A stretch of 64,000 nucleotides of DNA from Eledone cirrhosa. Its lineage: Eukaryota. This document shows positions 27,303-41,569 of this stretch, piece by piece. The first letter of the stretch is position 1. Each line of letters starts with the position of its first letter. The notes under the pieces were generated by a model that saw only the letters and a list, made by a program, of their open reading frames with translations, was not told where the DNA came from and did no database searches. The stretch covers positions 372,001-436,000 of the forward strand of contig OZ024746.1 in assembly GCA_964016885.1 (NCBI GenBank), given 5' to 3'. The position numbers were made by a program, and so were the translations under genes.

Positions 27303-27490
27303 AATTGTTTCTACTTTTGGCACAAGGCCAGCAATTACCCAATACATTACTGGTACTTTATTTTATCGACCCCGTAAGGATGAAAGGCAAAGTTAACCTC
27401 GGCGGGATTTGAACTCAGACCGTAAAGGGACGTAACTATGCTGGAAAGCATAGCGTCCGACTCTCTACTGATACTGCCAATCCACCGCCC
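27303..27490 (-). mobile_element. SINE (second family, GGGCGGTGGATTGGC head) inserted in (TA)n
   Basis: B-box GAGTTCAAATCC and core GCCTTTCATCCTTACGGGGTCGATAAAATAAAGTACCAG, resembling the Meta/MESC-type SINE core. Near-identical copy at 39442-39632; partial copies near 10305, 11215, 14540, 24600, 59970 and 61810. Confidence 0.85.
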
Positions 27491-27931
27491 TTTATATATA
27501 TAATATATATATATATATATAATATATATATATATATAATATATATATATATAATAATATATATATATATATATAATATATATAATATATATATATATAT
27601 ATAATATATATATATAATATATATATATATAATATATATATATATATATAATATATATATATAATATATATATATAATATATATATATATATATAATATA
27701 TATATATAATAATATATATATATATAATATATATATATATATAATAATATATATATATATAATAATATATATATATATATAATATATATATATATATATA
27801 ATATATATATATATATATAATATATAATAATATATATATATATATAATAATATATATATATATAATAATATATATATATATATAATATATATATATATAT
27901 ATAATAATATATATATATATATAATATATAT

Positions 27932-27974
<43 letters not shown>

Positions 27975-28146
27975 ATATATATAATATATATAATATATAT
28001 AATAATATATATATATATAATAATATATATATATATAATAATATATATATATAATATATATATATATATATAATATATATATATATATATAATATATAAT
28101 AATATATATATATATATAATAATATATATATATATATAATATATAT

Positions 28147-28189
<43 letters not shown>

Positions 28190-28294
28190 ATATATATAAT
28201 ATATATAATATATATATATATAATAATATATATATATATATATAATATATATATATATATAATATATATATATTATATATATATATAATAATAT

Positions 28295-28326
<32 letters not shown>

Positions 28327-28547
28327 ATATATATATATATATATAATNNNNNNNNNNNNNNNNNNNNNNNNNNNNNNNNNNNNNNNNNNNNNNNNNNNNN
28401 NNNNNNNNNNNNNNNNNNNNNNNNNNNNNNNNNNNNNNNNNNNNNNNNNNNNNNNNNNNNNNNNNNNNNNNNNNNNNNNNNNNNNNNNNNNNNNNNNNNN
28501 NNNNNNNNNNNNNNNNNNNNNNNNNNNNNNNNNNNNNNNNNNNNNNN

Positions 28548-28735
28548 AGCTCAAGTCGTTTCGACGGCTAATTCTGGACTAATTCTGGATTTTTAGTCCA
28601 GAATTAGCCGTCGAAACGGCTTGAGCTCAGCCGTCTGGGTCCTACTTGTTCCTATTACCCACTCTACTACCCGAAGTATTGAGTACTTTGGTGCGTTATG
28701 CTCCACCTGGTTCCTTACAACTTTTCTTCCGTTAT
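28548..28735 (+). mobile_element. Short hairpin-headed element, copy 2 (left end lost in the gap)
   Basis: Same body as 26835-27010, but a different segment is inverted at the 5' end (agctcaagtcgtttcgacggctaattctggactaa). Confidence 0.55.
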
Positions 28736-29315
28736 ATATATATACATGTATGTATATATATATATACATGTATGCATATATATATATATATATATATACA
28801 TGCATGCATATATATATACATGTATGCATATATATATATATATATATACATGTATGCATATATATATATATACATACATGTATGCATATATATATATATA
28901 CATACATGTATGCATATATATATATATATACATATATGCATATATATATATATACATATATGCATATATATATATACATACATATATGCATATATATATA
29001 TAGATATATGCATATATATATATAGATATATGCATATATATATATACATATATGCATATATATATATACATATATGCATATATATATATACATATATGCA
29101 TATATATATATACATATATGCATATATATATATACATATATGCATATATTATATATACATATATGCATATATATATATATACATATATGCATATATATAT
29201 ATACATATATGCATATATATATATATACATATATGCATATATATATATATACATATATGCATATATATATATACATATATACATATATGCATATATATAT
29301 ATATACATATATGTA

Positions 29316-29348
<33 letters not shown>

Positions 29349-29521
29349 GCATATATGTATATATATATATATACATACATATATATATATATATATACAT
29401 ATCTGCATATATATATATATGCATATATGTATATATATATAATATATATGCATATATATATATATATGCATATATGTATATATATATATATATATATGCA
29501 TATATATATATATATATATAC

Positions 29522-29574
<53 letters not shown>

Positions 29575-30058
29575 CAATACATATATATATATATACATAT
29601 ACATATATATACATATACATATATATATATACATATACGTACATATATATACATATACACATATATACATATATATACATACATATATATACATATACGT
29701 ACATATATATACATATACACATATATACATATATATACATACATATATATACATATACATATATACATATACATATATGCATATATACATATATACATAT
29801 ATGCATATATACATATACATATATACATATATACATATACACATATATGCATATATACATATACATATATACATATACACATATATGCATATATACATAT
29901 ACGTATATACATATATACATATATGCATATATATACACATACATACATACACATATATATACATATATGCATATATACATATACATATATATATATACAT
30001 ATATATATATACATATATATATATATACATATATATATATACATATATATATATATAC

Positions 30059-30089
<31 letters not shown>

Positions 30090-30122
30090 CACATATATAT
30101 ATATATATACATATATATATAC

Positions 30123-30175
<53 letters not shown>

Positions 30176-30227
30176 CATATATATTATACATATACATACA
30201 TATATACATACATATATATATATACAC

Positions 30228-30272
<45 letters not shown>

Positions 30273-30273
30273 C

Positions 30274-30304
<31 letters not shown>

Positions 30305-30305
30305 C

Positions 30306-30350
<45 letters not shown>

Positions 30351-30363
30351 CATATATATATAC

Positions 30364-30416
<53 letters not shown>

Positions 30417-30509
30417 CATATATATACATATATATATATACATATATATATATACATACATATATATATATACATATATATATATACATATATATATATA
30501 CATATATAC

Positions 30510-30598
<89 letters not shown>

Positions 30599-30616
30599 CA
30601 TATATATATACATACA

Positions 30617-30652
<36 letters not shown>

Positions 30653-31010
30653 CATATATATATACATACATATATACATACATATATATATATACATATA
30701 TATATACATACATATATATATACATACATATATATATATACATACATATACATATATATATACATATATATGCATATATATATATACATATATATACATA
30801 TATATACATATATATACATATATATATATATACATACATATATATATATACATACATATATATATATACATATATATACATATATATATACATATATATG
30901 CATATATATATATACATATATATACATATATATACATATATATACATATATATATATACATATATATACATATATATAATATACATATATATACATATAC
31001 ATATATATAC

Positions 31011-31057
<47 letters not shown>

Positions 31058-31460
31058 CATATATATACATATATATATATATACATATATATACATATAC
31101 ATATATATACATATATATATATATACATAATATATACATATACATATATATACATATACATACATATATATACATATACATATATATATACATATATATA
31201 CATATATACATATATATATATATACATATATATATACATATATATATACATATATATATACATATATATATATATACATATACATACATATACATATATA
31301 CATATACATATATATATACATATATATATATATATACATATATTATATATACATATATATATACATATACATACATACATATATATATATACATATATAT
31401 ATATACATATATATATATATACATATATATATATACATATACATACATATACATATATAC

Positions 31461-31495
<35 letters not shown>

Positions 31496-31526
31496 CATAT
31501 ATATACATATATATATATATATATAC

Positions 31527-31569
<43 letters not shown>

Positions 31570-31767
31570 TATATACATATATACATATATATATATATAC
31601 ACATATATATATACATATATACATATATATATACATATATACATATATATATATAATATACATATATATATATATATACATATATACATATATATATACA
31701 TACATATATATATATACATATATACATATATATATACATACATATATATATATATATATACACATAT

Positions 31768-31798
<31 letters not shown>

Positions 31799-31809
31799 CA
31801 TACACATAT

Positions 31810-31840
<31 letters not shown>

Positions 31841-31881
31841 CATACACACATATATATATATATATATATACATACACATAT

Positions 31882-31966
<85 letters not shown>

Positions 31967-32069
31967 CATATACATATATATATATACATATATATATACA
32001 TATATATATATATACATATATACATACATATATATATATACATATATACATATACATATATACATATAC

Positions 32070-32101
<32 letters not shown>

Positions 32102-32113
32102 ATATACATATAC

Positions 32114-32145
<32 letters not shown>

Positions 32146-32359
32146 ATATACATATACATATATATATATACATATATATATACATATATATATATACATA
32201 TATACATACATATATATATATACATATATACATACATATATATATACATATATACATATACAATATACATATACATATTATATATATACATATATATATA
32301 TACATATATATATATACATATATATATATACATATATATATATACATATATATATATAC

Positions 32360-32487
<128 letters not shown>

Positions 32488-32661
32488 ATACATATACATA
32501 TATATATATATACATATATATATATACATATATATATATACATATATATATATATACATATATATATATACATATATATATATACATATATACATATATA
32601 TATATACATATATATATATACATATATATATATATACATATATATATATACATATATATAT

Positions 32662-32774
<113 letters not shown>

Positions 32775-32783
32775 CATATATAC

Positions 32784-32906
<123 letters not shown>

Positions 32907-33067
32907 CATATATATATACATATACAAATATATATACATATATATATATACATATATATATACATATATATACATATATATACATATATACATATATATA
33001 TACATATATATATACATATATATACATATATACATATACATATATATATATACATATATATATATAC

Positions 33068-33132
<65 letters not shown>

Positions 33133-33161
33133 TACATATATACATATATATACATATATAC

Positions 33162-33216
<55 letters not shown>

Positions 33217-33702
33217 CATACATATACATATATATATATATATACATACATATATATATATATATACATATATACATACATTATATATATATACATACAT
33301 ATTATATATATATATACATATATACATACATATATATATATACATACATATATACATACATATATATATATACATATATATATATACATATATATATATA
33401 CATATATATACATATATATATATACATATATATATATACATATATATATATACATATATATATATACATATATATACATATATATATATAACATATATAT
33501 ATATACATATATATATATACATATATATACATATATATATATACATATATATATATACATATATATATATACATATAAATATATACATTATATATATATA
33601 CATATATATATATACATATATATATATACATTATATATATATATATATATACATATATATACATATATATATATATATACATATATATATACATATATAT
33701 AC

Positions 33703-33759
<57 letters not shown>

Positions 33760-33853
33760 TATTACATATATATATATATACATACATATATATACATATA
33801 TATATATACATACATATATATACATATATATATATATACATACATATATATAC

Positions 33854-33884
<31 letters not shown>

Positions 33885-34402
33885 CATACATATATATACA
33901 TATATATATATATACATACATATATATACATATATATATATATATTATATACATATATATATATATACATACATATATATACATTATATATATATATACA
34001 TATATATATATATACATAATATACATACATATATACATATATATACATATACATTATATATACATATATATACATATACATATATATACATATATATACA
34101 TATAATATATACATATATATACATATATATACATATATATACATATATATACATATATATACATATATATACATATATATACATATATATACATATATAC
34201 ATATATATACATATATACATATATATACATATATATATATATACATATATATACATATATATATATATACATATATAATATATATACATATACATATATA
34301 TACATATATATATAACATATACATATATATACATATATATACATATCATATATATACATATACATATATATACATATACATAAATATATAATATATATAT
34401 AC

Positions 34403-34953
34403 ATCATCATCATCATCATTTTACGTCCGCTTTTCCCTGCTTGCAAGGGTGGGACTGGTCTTATTCAGCACAGCATCTCTCCACTCGTCACGGTCCCTCG
34501 TCATCTCCACCGTGAGCTTCAATGATCTGAGGTCTGTTCTCACCACCTCCGCCCATGTTTTTCGTGGTCTACCTCTACCACGTCTTCCTTCAACTGGCAT
34601 TTCTGCACTTCTTCACCCATCGGTCATCCTCCATGCGCATCACATGTCCATACCACCTCAGTCTCCTCTCCCGTACACTACATTCTATCCCTCTCAGACA
34701 CAGTTTCTCTCTCAACACATTTATGCTGGGTCGTCCACGCACATTTACACTGCACATCCAACGGAGCATGCCTTGCCTCATTTCTCTCCAGCCGTCGCAT
34801 ATCTTTTGCGGTAGCTGCCCATGTCTCACTACCATGCAGCATCGCGCTCCTCACACAGGCATCATACAACCGGCCTTTCGTACGCAGGGAGAAACCCTTC
34901 TTCGTCAACAGAGGAAGCAGCTCCCTAAACTTCTTCCAACCCGTCCTTATTCT
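34403..34953 (-). mobile_element. RTE family B 3' fragment
   Basis: '[30 protein letters not shown]...[10 protein letters not shown]'; highly similar to 24752-25290; (GAT)n tail. Confidence 0.92.
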
Positions 34954-35022
34954 ATATACTATATATATATATACATATATATACATATATATATATATAC
35001 ATATACATATATATATATATAC

Positions 35023-35067
<45 letters not shown>

Positions 35068-36164
35068 CGCATACATATATATAGAGAGAGAGAGGAAGAG
35101 AGAGAAACAGAAGTTTACCCATCACTTGCAGCAATATATATAAATAAAAATATACATAGGTATTAATATTAATGTATTCGTAACAAAAAGTTTTGTGATG
35201 GAAAATAAACTGTGTGTATGTGTGTGTGTGTTTTCCATGCTGGCGTAGGTTGGACAGGTCGTCACAGACCAAGTCAGTCCTTAATTGGAGCTCTGTTACA
35301 AATAAATTTATATCAATAGAGTAAAACAAAAAGAAGAATGCAGAGAAGTCTTGAGTCCAAATTTAGTGAAAAGTTCAGCTAAATTTAGCTGACAGAACCA
35401 TTAAGTTTAATTGATAGCCAGTCTGGAATAAAGAAAATTGATGTAGTGTTATTCACAGTATTTTTAGTCTAGTGATCAACACCTTTATTATTGCTAAAAT
35501 ATCCCCCCCCCCCCCGCCCCCCCAAAAAAAAAAACATTCTAGAAGAAAACAGTTAAATTTCCAGTGACTGACTCAGTATATTAATACCTCTCCTGTGATG
35601 AAGTTAATTCAATTTCTAATTTAAAATTAACTTACACCATTTTATCAACAAAGGGTGGGTGGAAGGAAGTTTCTTAGAACCAAGAACTTAAACTGATATC
35701 AGAGGTAGACGAGGTCTTAGACAACACTGACTAGTAGACTGAGGGCCAGGTGTGTGTTTTCACTGCTCAGGTGACACTAACTAACAGACTGAGGGCCAGA
35801 TGTGTTTTCACTGCTCAGCTAAGGTGACACTAACTGATGGTTGAAGACCTGGGGTATGTTTCCTCTGTTCAACCAAAACATGTTCCATTTTCATTTCAAT
35901 CTTTGTACTGTGGCTATGACTTCAGTTTGTGTCATTTTTACAGATGTTTTTAGTTGTTCTTTAAAAACCTATCCCAGCAGTCCACTGGACATTGTCCAAA
36001 TGCCCACAGGTTTCTCGACATTGTCCAAATACCCACAGAATGCTCGACATTGACCTGTAAGACAAGTTCACCTGTGACTTACATTTGGATTATTCTGTAT
36101 TCAAAATCAAAATTTATTATAAGTGAAAATCAATTAAAAATAATGGTAAAAATCCAAATAATTC

Positions 36165-36273
36165 TTACATATGTCCTCTAGTGTGAGATGGTATATCAGC
36201 TTCTGATTGAGACTCTAGTTCTTCTCCTTCACCAAAATCTTCATAATTGTCTTCATCTGTGATATCATGACGA
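36165..36273 (-). CDS. Putative terminal exon of an unidentified acidic peptide: (S)RHDITDEDNYEDFGEGEELESQSEADIPSHTRGHM*
   Basis: atattttag| acceptor; phase 2 matches the 36924 donor; ends ATG TAA, overlapping a possible gtaag donor at 36168. AATAAA at 36118-36113 and 35489-35484. Confidence 0.65.
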
Positions 36274-36342
36274 CTAAAATATGTTCAAAAGTATTGTGTT
36301 ACAATATAAATTTAACCTTTATCTACAACAATCAATTCTCTT

Positions 36343-36750
36343 TTAACCGTTTCATTACAATATTTCTAATGTAAGACACCGTCTATGTCATTAACCCTTC
36401 CATTACCATATTTCTAATGAAAGACACTGTCTATGTCATTAACCCTTTCATTACCATATTTCTAATGAAAGACACTGTCTATGTCTTTAACCCTTCCATT
36501 ACCATATTTCTAATGAAAGACACTGTCTATGTCATTAACCCTTTCATTACCATATTTCTAATGAAAGACACTGTCTATGTCTTTAACCCTTCCATTACCA
36601 TATTTTTAATGAAAGACACTGTCCATGTCTTTAACCCTTTCATTACCATATTTCTAATGAAAGACACTGTCTATGTCATTAACCCTTTCATTACCATATT
36701 TCTAATGAAAGACACTGTCTATGTCATTAACCCTTTCATTACCATATTTC
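36343..36750 (+). repeat. 48-bp tandem repeat (~8 copies) built from a TTAA-MITE terminus
   Basis: Unit ttaaccctttcattaccatatttctaatgaaagacactgtctatgtca; matches the element end at 60948 (ttaaccttttcatgaccacatttctaatgaa). Confidence 0.85.
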
Positions 36751-36774
36751 TTGTGAGAAGGAATCGGAGGAGGG

Positions 36775-36808
36775 TTCTATGTTTCGGACAGAAGTCCTTC
36801 GTCAGGAA
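36775..36808 (-). ncRNA. Minimal hammerhead-like motif of the Penelope type
   Basis: ttcCTGACGA-a-ggac-ttct-gtcc-GAAAcatagaa: intact CUGANGA box, 4-bp stem II and GAAA, with no stable stem III. Confidence 0.55.
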
Positions 36809-36923
36809 GGTTCAGATAGGAAGAAAACAGGTACATGAAAGTTGTGTGTGAAAATCAGGAAAATATTGATAGGTTGGGATAAAGTCCTAAAAGAGGAAAG
36901 AAAAGTAATTTAATCTAATTTAC

Positions 36924-37123
36924 CTATTTTCAGTTACTTCAGATGAGCGGCCACTGATAAAACTATCTCGATCATCTTCTGATGCCACTTGTAACTGGAC
37001 ATCAAAACTGCCAACAGGAGTTGGAAAGAAATCAGTATTCAATGAATTGCAGGCGTCTTCATCTGTATTGATGTCGTATTCAGCATAAGTATTGGTACTG
37101 GTCTCGGAAGATTCAGCATTTTT
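36924..37123 (-). CDS. Putative internal exon (200 nt) of the unidentified acidic peptide: KNAESSETSTNTYAEYDINTDED...SEVTEN
   Basis: tatatttcag| acceptor and AG|gtaaa donor; open in the frame set by the 49721 donor (phase 0 to 2); unique, non-repetitive sequence. Confidence 0.7.
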
Positions 37124-37207
37124 CTGAAATATATAGAAATCATCATCATCATAATCACCATTTAACGTCCATTTTCAATGCTAGCATAGATGGATATATA
37201 TATATAT

Positions 37208-37370
37208 AAATGTTTACGGGACTAGAACTGTTTCAATTCAAAAGAAATCCTCCTAATGATTTCTTTTCAATGAAACAGTTCTGGTCCTGTAGAAGCATTT
37301 TCAATATTAAACTTAATGTTTACTCTCTACTAATGTATTGAGTTCCTTACTGAGGTAGATTCAATATTAT
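37208..37370 (+). mobile_element. Short hairpin-headed element related to those at 26.8 and 28.5 kb
   Basis: Imperfect ~42-bp inverted arms (37208-37249 and 37258-37300), CTAATGA...GAAACAGTTCTGGTC, and a shared tail motif ctctacta..gtattgagt.ctt; adjacent to (TA)n. Confidence 0.45.
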
Positions 37371-38514
37371 TTAAGATATTATGGGTGATAAAGCCTTTCC
37401 CATGAAAATACAATAGTATATATAGAGTAATGTAAATGTTATGTGAGATATTATGGGTGATAAAGCCTTTCCGATGAAAATACAATAGTATATATAGAGT
37501 AATGTAAATGTTAAAGGGTTAAAGATTATTTTTTCTTTAATCTGACAGAATGAAGAATAATTTTATAATTGTTGCATTAAATATAACTAGTTTCGATTGG
37601 TAAAACAATCTTGTCAAATATTCACATATATTCAAACTGCTCACAGAATACACGAAAAAAACCTAAAACATTTCTTTAATATTTAATAAGATTGTTATAC
37701 CAATAGAGTAGACTGAGAGCATTTTATCAAGGCACCAACTCAACAACATTACAATACTAAGATGGACCAGGCTGGAGTGGCAATGATGAGAGTATGGGTG
37801 AGACAGGCTATATGCTAGCTGAGGGAAGGGATCGTCTTACTGTGGGAGAACAAGCATTGAATCATGAAGAATCTGAACTCATTAAAAACTCAAAACAAAT
37901 ATTTTTCACAGTTTTATTTATTCTCAAATAGTTTATTGAACTCTAACATAATTTTCAATAAAGAAAAGTTGTCTCAATTCTACACAAAATGTTACATAAC
38001 AGAATCTATTAAATAAGCAATCATTATGATACACAAGAAAATGAAGCTATGTTTCTATGGTCTCTTGAGAGCAGATACAATCTGTTGGTTGACACTCCTA
38101 GCAAGAGAAATATATTTGATTGTCTATTAAAAACTAGACATGCAGGAAAACAATCGTTTCCTTCTGTTTTCTATTGTTAGAGGTAAAAAATAGATTTATT
38201 TAAAAATAATTATTTTATGATCATGTAAAGGAGCTTTGTTAAATCTCATAAAACCATGAATCTGTAACTGGAAATCCTAACTTCATGTAAATTGATATTT
38301 AAAACAGTATTTTTTAAGTGACTAATCTAACTAAAACTTGTATCAAGTTCAGTTTAGAAATGTTTTTGATCAACAACACATAAAAATTATTATTGTATCA
38401 TTGCTTCAAATAGCTTTATCAACAAGGCCACACAGACTACATCAGTAAAACCTATTATAAATATATTACTTATTGGATTTTCAAAAGACATTAAATAATA
38501 ACTGGTTCATTTGG

Positions 38515-38795
38515 TCTAAAGTCTGTCTTGAACCCAACAGACTCATCAGGCCGGAGATATCTCAGTTTCCATGGCATTAAACAACCGTGAGTACAAGATT
38601 TCCCCCCTGGACAGGACACCAGTCCATTGCAGGAACCCTCAGCTATTGCTGGTACTCATTTTCAACTGAGTATACTGGAGCAACATGAAATGAAGTGTTT
38701 TGTTCAAGAACAACACACAACGCAGTCCAAGGATGAAACCCACAACATTATGATCGTAAGTCTACCACCCTAATCACTAGGCCACACACTTCCAC
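38515..38795 (-). mobile_element. tRNA-derived SINE, same head family as 57360
   Basis: Head and CORE-like segment (cttgaacaaaacacttcatttcatgttgctccagtatactcag), then gcaatggactggtgtcctgtccagggg. Confidence 0.7.
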
Positions 38796-39441
38796 AATAA
38801 ATTTAGTAGTTGATCTATATTTTGTTTATTTTTGTTGTTCAATCAAATACATTTCATCAGAGTTAACTAATGATTCAACTCTCATAAGTTATAATTGACT
38901 ATTTCAAAAAATCTGTTGGAAAATTTAAACTCGTCATACTCTCGGGTCTCGAATAATAAGATGGGTTGGGATCTCAATATGTAAACTAAATGACTAATTT
39001 TTTTTTTTTTTTTTTTTTTAAATCAAATGAGACAACCTAGAAAAATTACCTATTTTCCACCCCACTCCCTGCGCACTTATTCCAACTCCTCTCCCATTTA
39101 TTCTACCCCTCCCCTGTTTATTCCACCCACCACCACCCTCCAAGAGTAGTTAGAATGCAGTATGTCAATTATTGTAATATATGAAAGTAATCAGTTTTTG
39201 ATACAGGAGTTTGTTGTAATTACCATGGCAACAGATATATACAGGATAGAAGAACTGTACATGACAATAATATATCAATATATATTATATTAAATTTGGT
39301 TATTTTGGAAGCCTCAACAATGCAGATGGGTAAATCTCTGGGTAACAGAATCCAGTGGTGAAGAGAGAGATGTAAGAGGAAATGTAGAATGAGATGTATA
39401 GTGTGTAGAGGAACATAGGAAAGAGTGTAAAAAATAAAAAT

Positions 39442-39632
39442 AATTGTTTCTACTTTTGGCACAAGGCCAGCAATTAACCAGTGCATTACTGGTACTTTAT
39501 TTTATCGACCCCGTAAGGATGAAAGGCAAAGTTAACCTCGGCGGGATTTGAACTCAGAATGGCAAGGGCCGTAACTCTATGCGTCAAAGCATGGCGTCCG
39601 ACCCTCTACCGATACTGCCAATCCACCGCCCA
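39442..39632 (-). mobile_element. SINE (second family), full-length copy
   Basis: Near-identical to 27303-27490; flanked by the direct repeat taaaaaataaaaataat (39428-39444 and 39634-39650). Confidence 0.85.
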
Positions 39633-39654
39633 TAAAAAATAAAAATAATAACAC

Positions 39655-40392
39655 GAGATAGAGTTACCTTGGGAGAGATTTAATTGTCCCTATATTTCGG
39701 ATTCGCATCCATCAACTGGGGGGTTTTCCGGGGGGGGGGGGGGGGGGGGGTTTATGTTGTAGAGGAACGGTACGTGGCCTCTGTTGTCCGCCGTTTGTGT
39801 GTAACTGAGATATTCTGTAGAGCACGCGTGCGCGCGGAATAGGTGCGGTCAAGCAAAGTTCGAGACAGTTCCTCTTTATTGTGGGAGTGGGATGGCGTTA
39901 GCTGTCAATCCATTGTACTACCTATATTCAGTCTTTGTTACTGGCAGTGTAGCAGTCTGTCTGGTCGCTTGTTGGATGGTGGGGGCACTATACACACAAT
40001 AACAATCGTTAAAATGCCACTGTGTGTGTGCATGTGCTGTTGTCTCGTTTGTTTACACCAGCCACCTCGGATCACTTCTCTCAGATCGGTTACTTATTTG
40101 TGGTCCTAGGCGTTTCATCCAAAGTGCTTCCTTGATTCGTAACGTGCCGCCGTTGCGTTCTGTCGCTAGCACTGTGACAATGGACCTTCCGTCTTTGTTT
40201 CCGCATTTGCTTATGTGTTTCCGGAAAGACGAGGCTTTGGTGTTGATGTGCTCCTTGATCCGGATATGTAGCGGCCGGATTGTGCTACCGATATAGTAGT
40301 GGTTGCACTTGTCACATTCTACCCTGTATACAACGTATGTGCATAAGCAACAGTTTGTTTGGCGCATCGGACAGTTTCTGAGGGAACACGCA
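39655..40392 (-). mobile_element. 3' end of a Penelope-like element: GIY-YIG endonuclease plus pLTR with a degenerate minimal hammerhead
   Basis: ORF 40053-40367 'VVYRVECDKCNHYYIGSTIRPLHIRIKEH...LRIKEALWMKRLGPQI' is a GIY-YIG pattern. Downstream ccCAGTTGAtggatgcgaatccGAAAtataggg at 39688-39722. Confidence 0.88.
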
Positions 40393-40937
40393 ATATATTA
40401 TAGTTATTGGAAGATAAACAAAAAATATAAATTTAATTTACAAGCTATAGAAATTCTTCCACGAGAATTCCTAAAACAAAAATTTACTCCTAGAAATCCT
40501 AAATTATTCAAATGGAATATTGGCTTCACACTTAACAACAATTTTTATAAGCTACAGTTAAAAGTCAATTGAATTCAACCCAATATATTGCTGGTACTTA
40601 ATTTATCAAGCCCAAAATCAGTTGAAAGGCTCAGCCAAACTTAATGGAGGTTTCACTATACAACTGAAACAAGTAATAATTTCTACTCATTAAATTGGAA
40701 TGTAGGTAAATGGCTGAGTATTCCACAAACGTAATTCTGAGGCCAAATGTCACACACTGTGACACAGTGTGTGACAAAGCTGGGCCTTTAAATTACAAGT
40801 ACAATCCAGTGGAAAAGTGAGACAGAAACAACCTCAGTATTATAAAGGTGCCAACCTCTCGAAAGGATGAAAGCCAAAATTGCTCTCACTTTCTGAGTTC
40901 AAATCTGACCAAGAGTCAAATATTGTATGGATTTTTA

Positions 40938-41227
40938 TCTGCCACTCTAACAACTCCTCCATATCACAGATGTAAGGCTGTCTGCCACTCTAACAACTCC
41001 TCCATATCACAGATGTAAGGCTGTCTGCCACTCTAACAACTCCTCCATATCACAGATGTAAGGCTGTCTGCCACTCTAACAACTCCTCCATATCACAGAT
41101 GTAAGGCTGTCTGCCACTCTAACAACTCCTCCATATCACAGATGTAAGGCTGTCTGCCACTCTAACAACTCCTCCATATCACAGATGTAAGGCTGTCTGC
41201 CACTCTAACAACTCCTCCATATCACAG
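40938..41227 (+). repeat. 43-bp perfect tandem repeat (~6.7 copies)
   Basis: Unit tctgccactctaacaactcctccatatcacagatgtaaggctg; adjoins SINE remnants at 40860-40920. Confidence 0.92.
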
Positions 41228-41409
41228 CTGACACCATATACAATGACATATTTCTGTTGCTGTCACTGTAAATACAGGAGACATTGCTGAGGTATTTATT
41301 TACAACCAAAGTTGTGTGTTTTTATAGATTTCACAACTATTCAAAATACACAGCAAAGAAAGTACAGACATTAAAGCAGTACTATCACACTTTAGAAACA
41401 CACGTACAT

Positions 41410-41451
<42 letters not shown>

Positions 41452-41533
41452 GTATATTACATACATATTAGTACATCTGTATTATAAGTTACATATATAT
41501 CACTGTGTATATGTGGTTGTAAGTTTGTATGTA

Positions 41534-41569
<36 letters not shown>

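Noticed and set aside
35636-35720. Donor-like GGT|gtaag at 35636
   Set aside because: The upstream acceptors I tried all gave in-frame stops from phase 2.
36083-36094. Possible 12-nt micro-exon (tacag|AATAATCCAAAT|gtaagt) extending the acidic chain
   Set aside because: It stays in phase 2, and I found no open downstream exon restoring the frame to the FEZ exon at 21509; probably 3'UTR.
37821-37872. Possible small exon ending at a gtaag donor near 37840
   Set aside because: Weak acceptor, and the phase is incompatible with the 37123 exon.
40748-40776. 14-bp-arm palindrome tgtcacacactgtg-a-cacagtgtgtgaca
   Set aside because: Short, low-complexity (CA/TG) and within probable TE debris.
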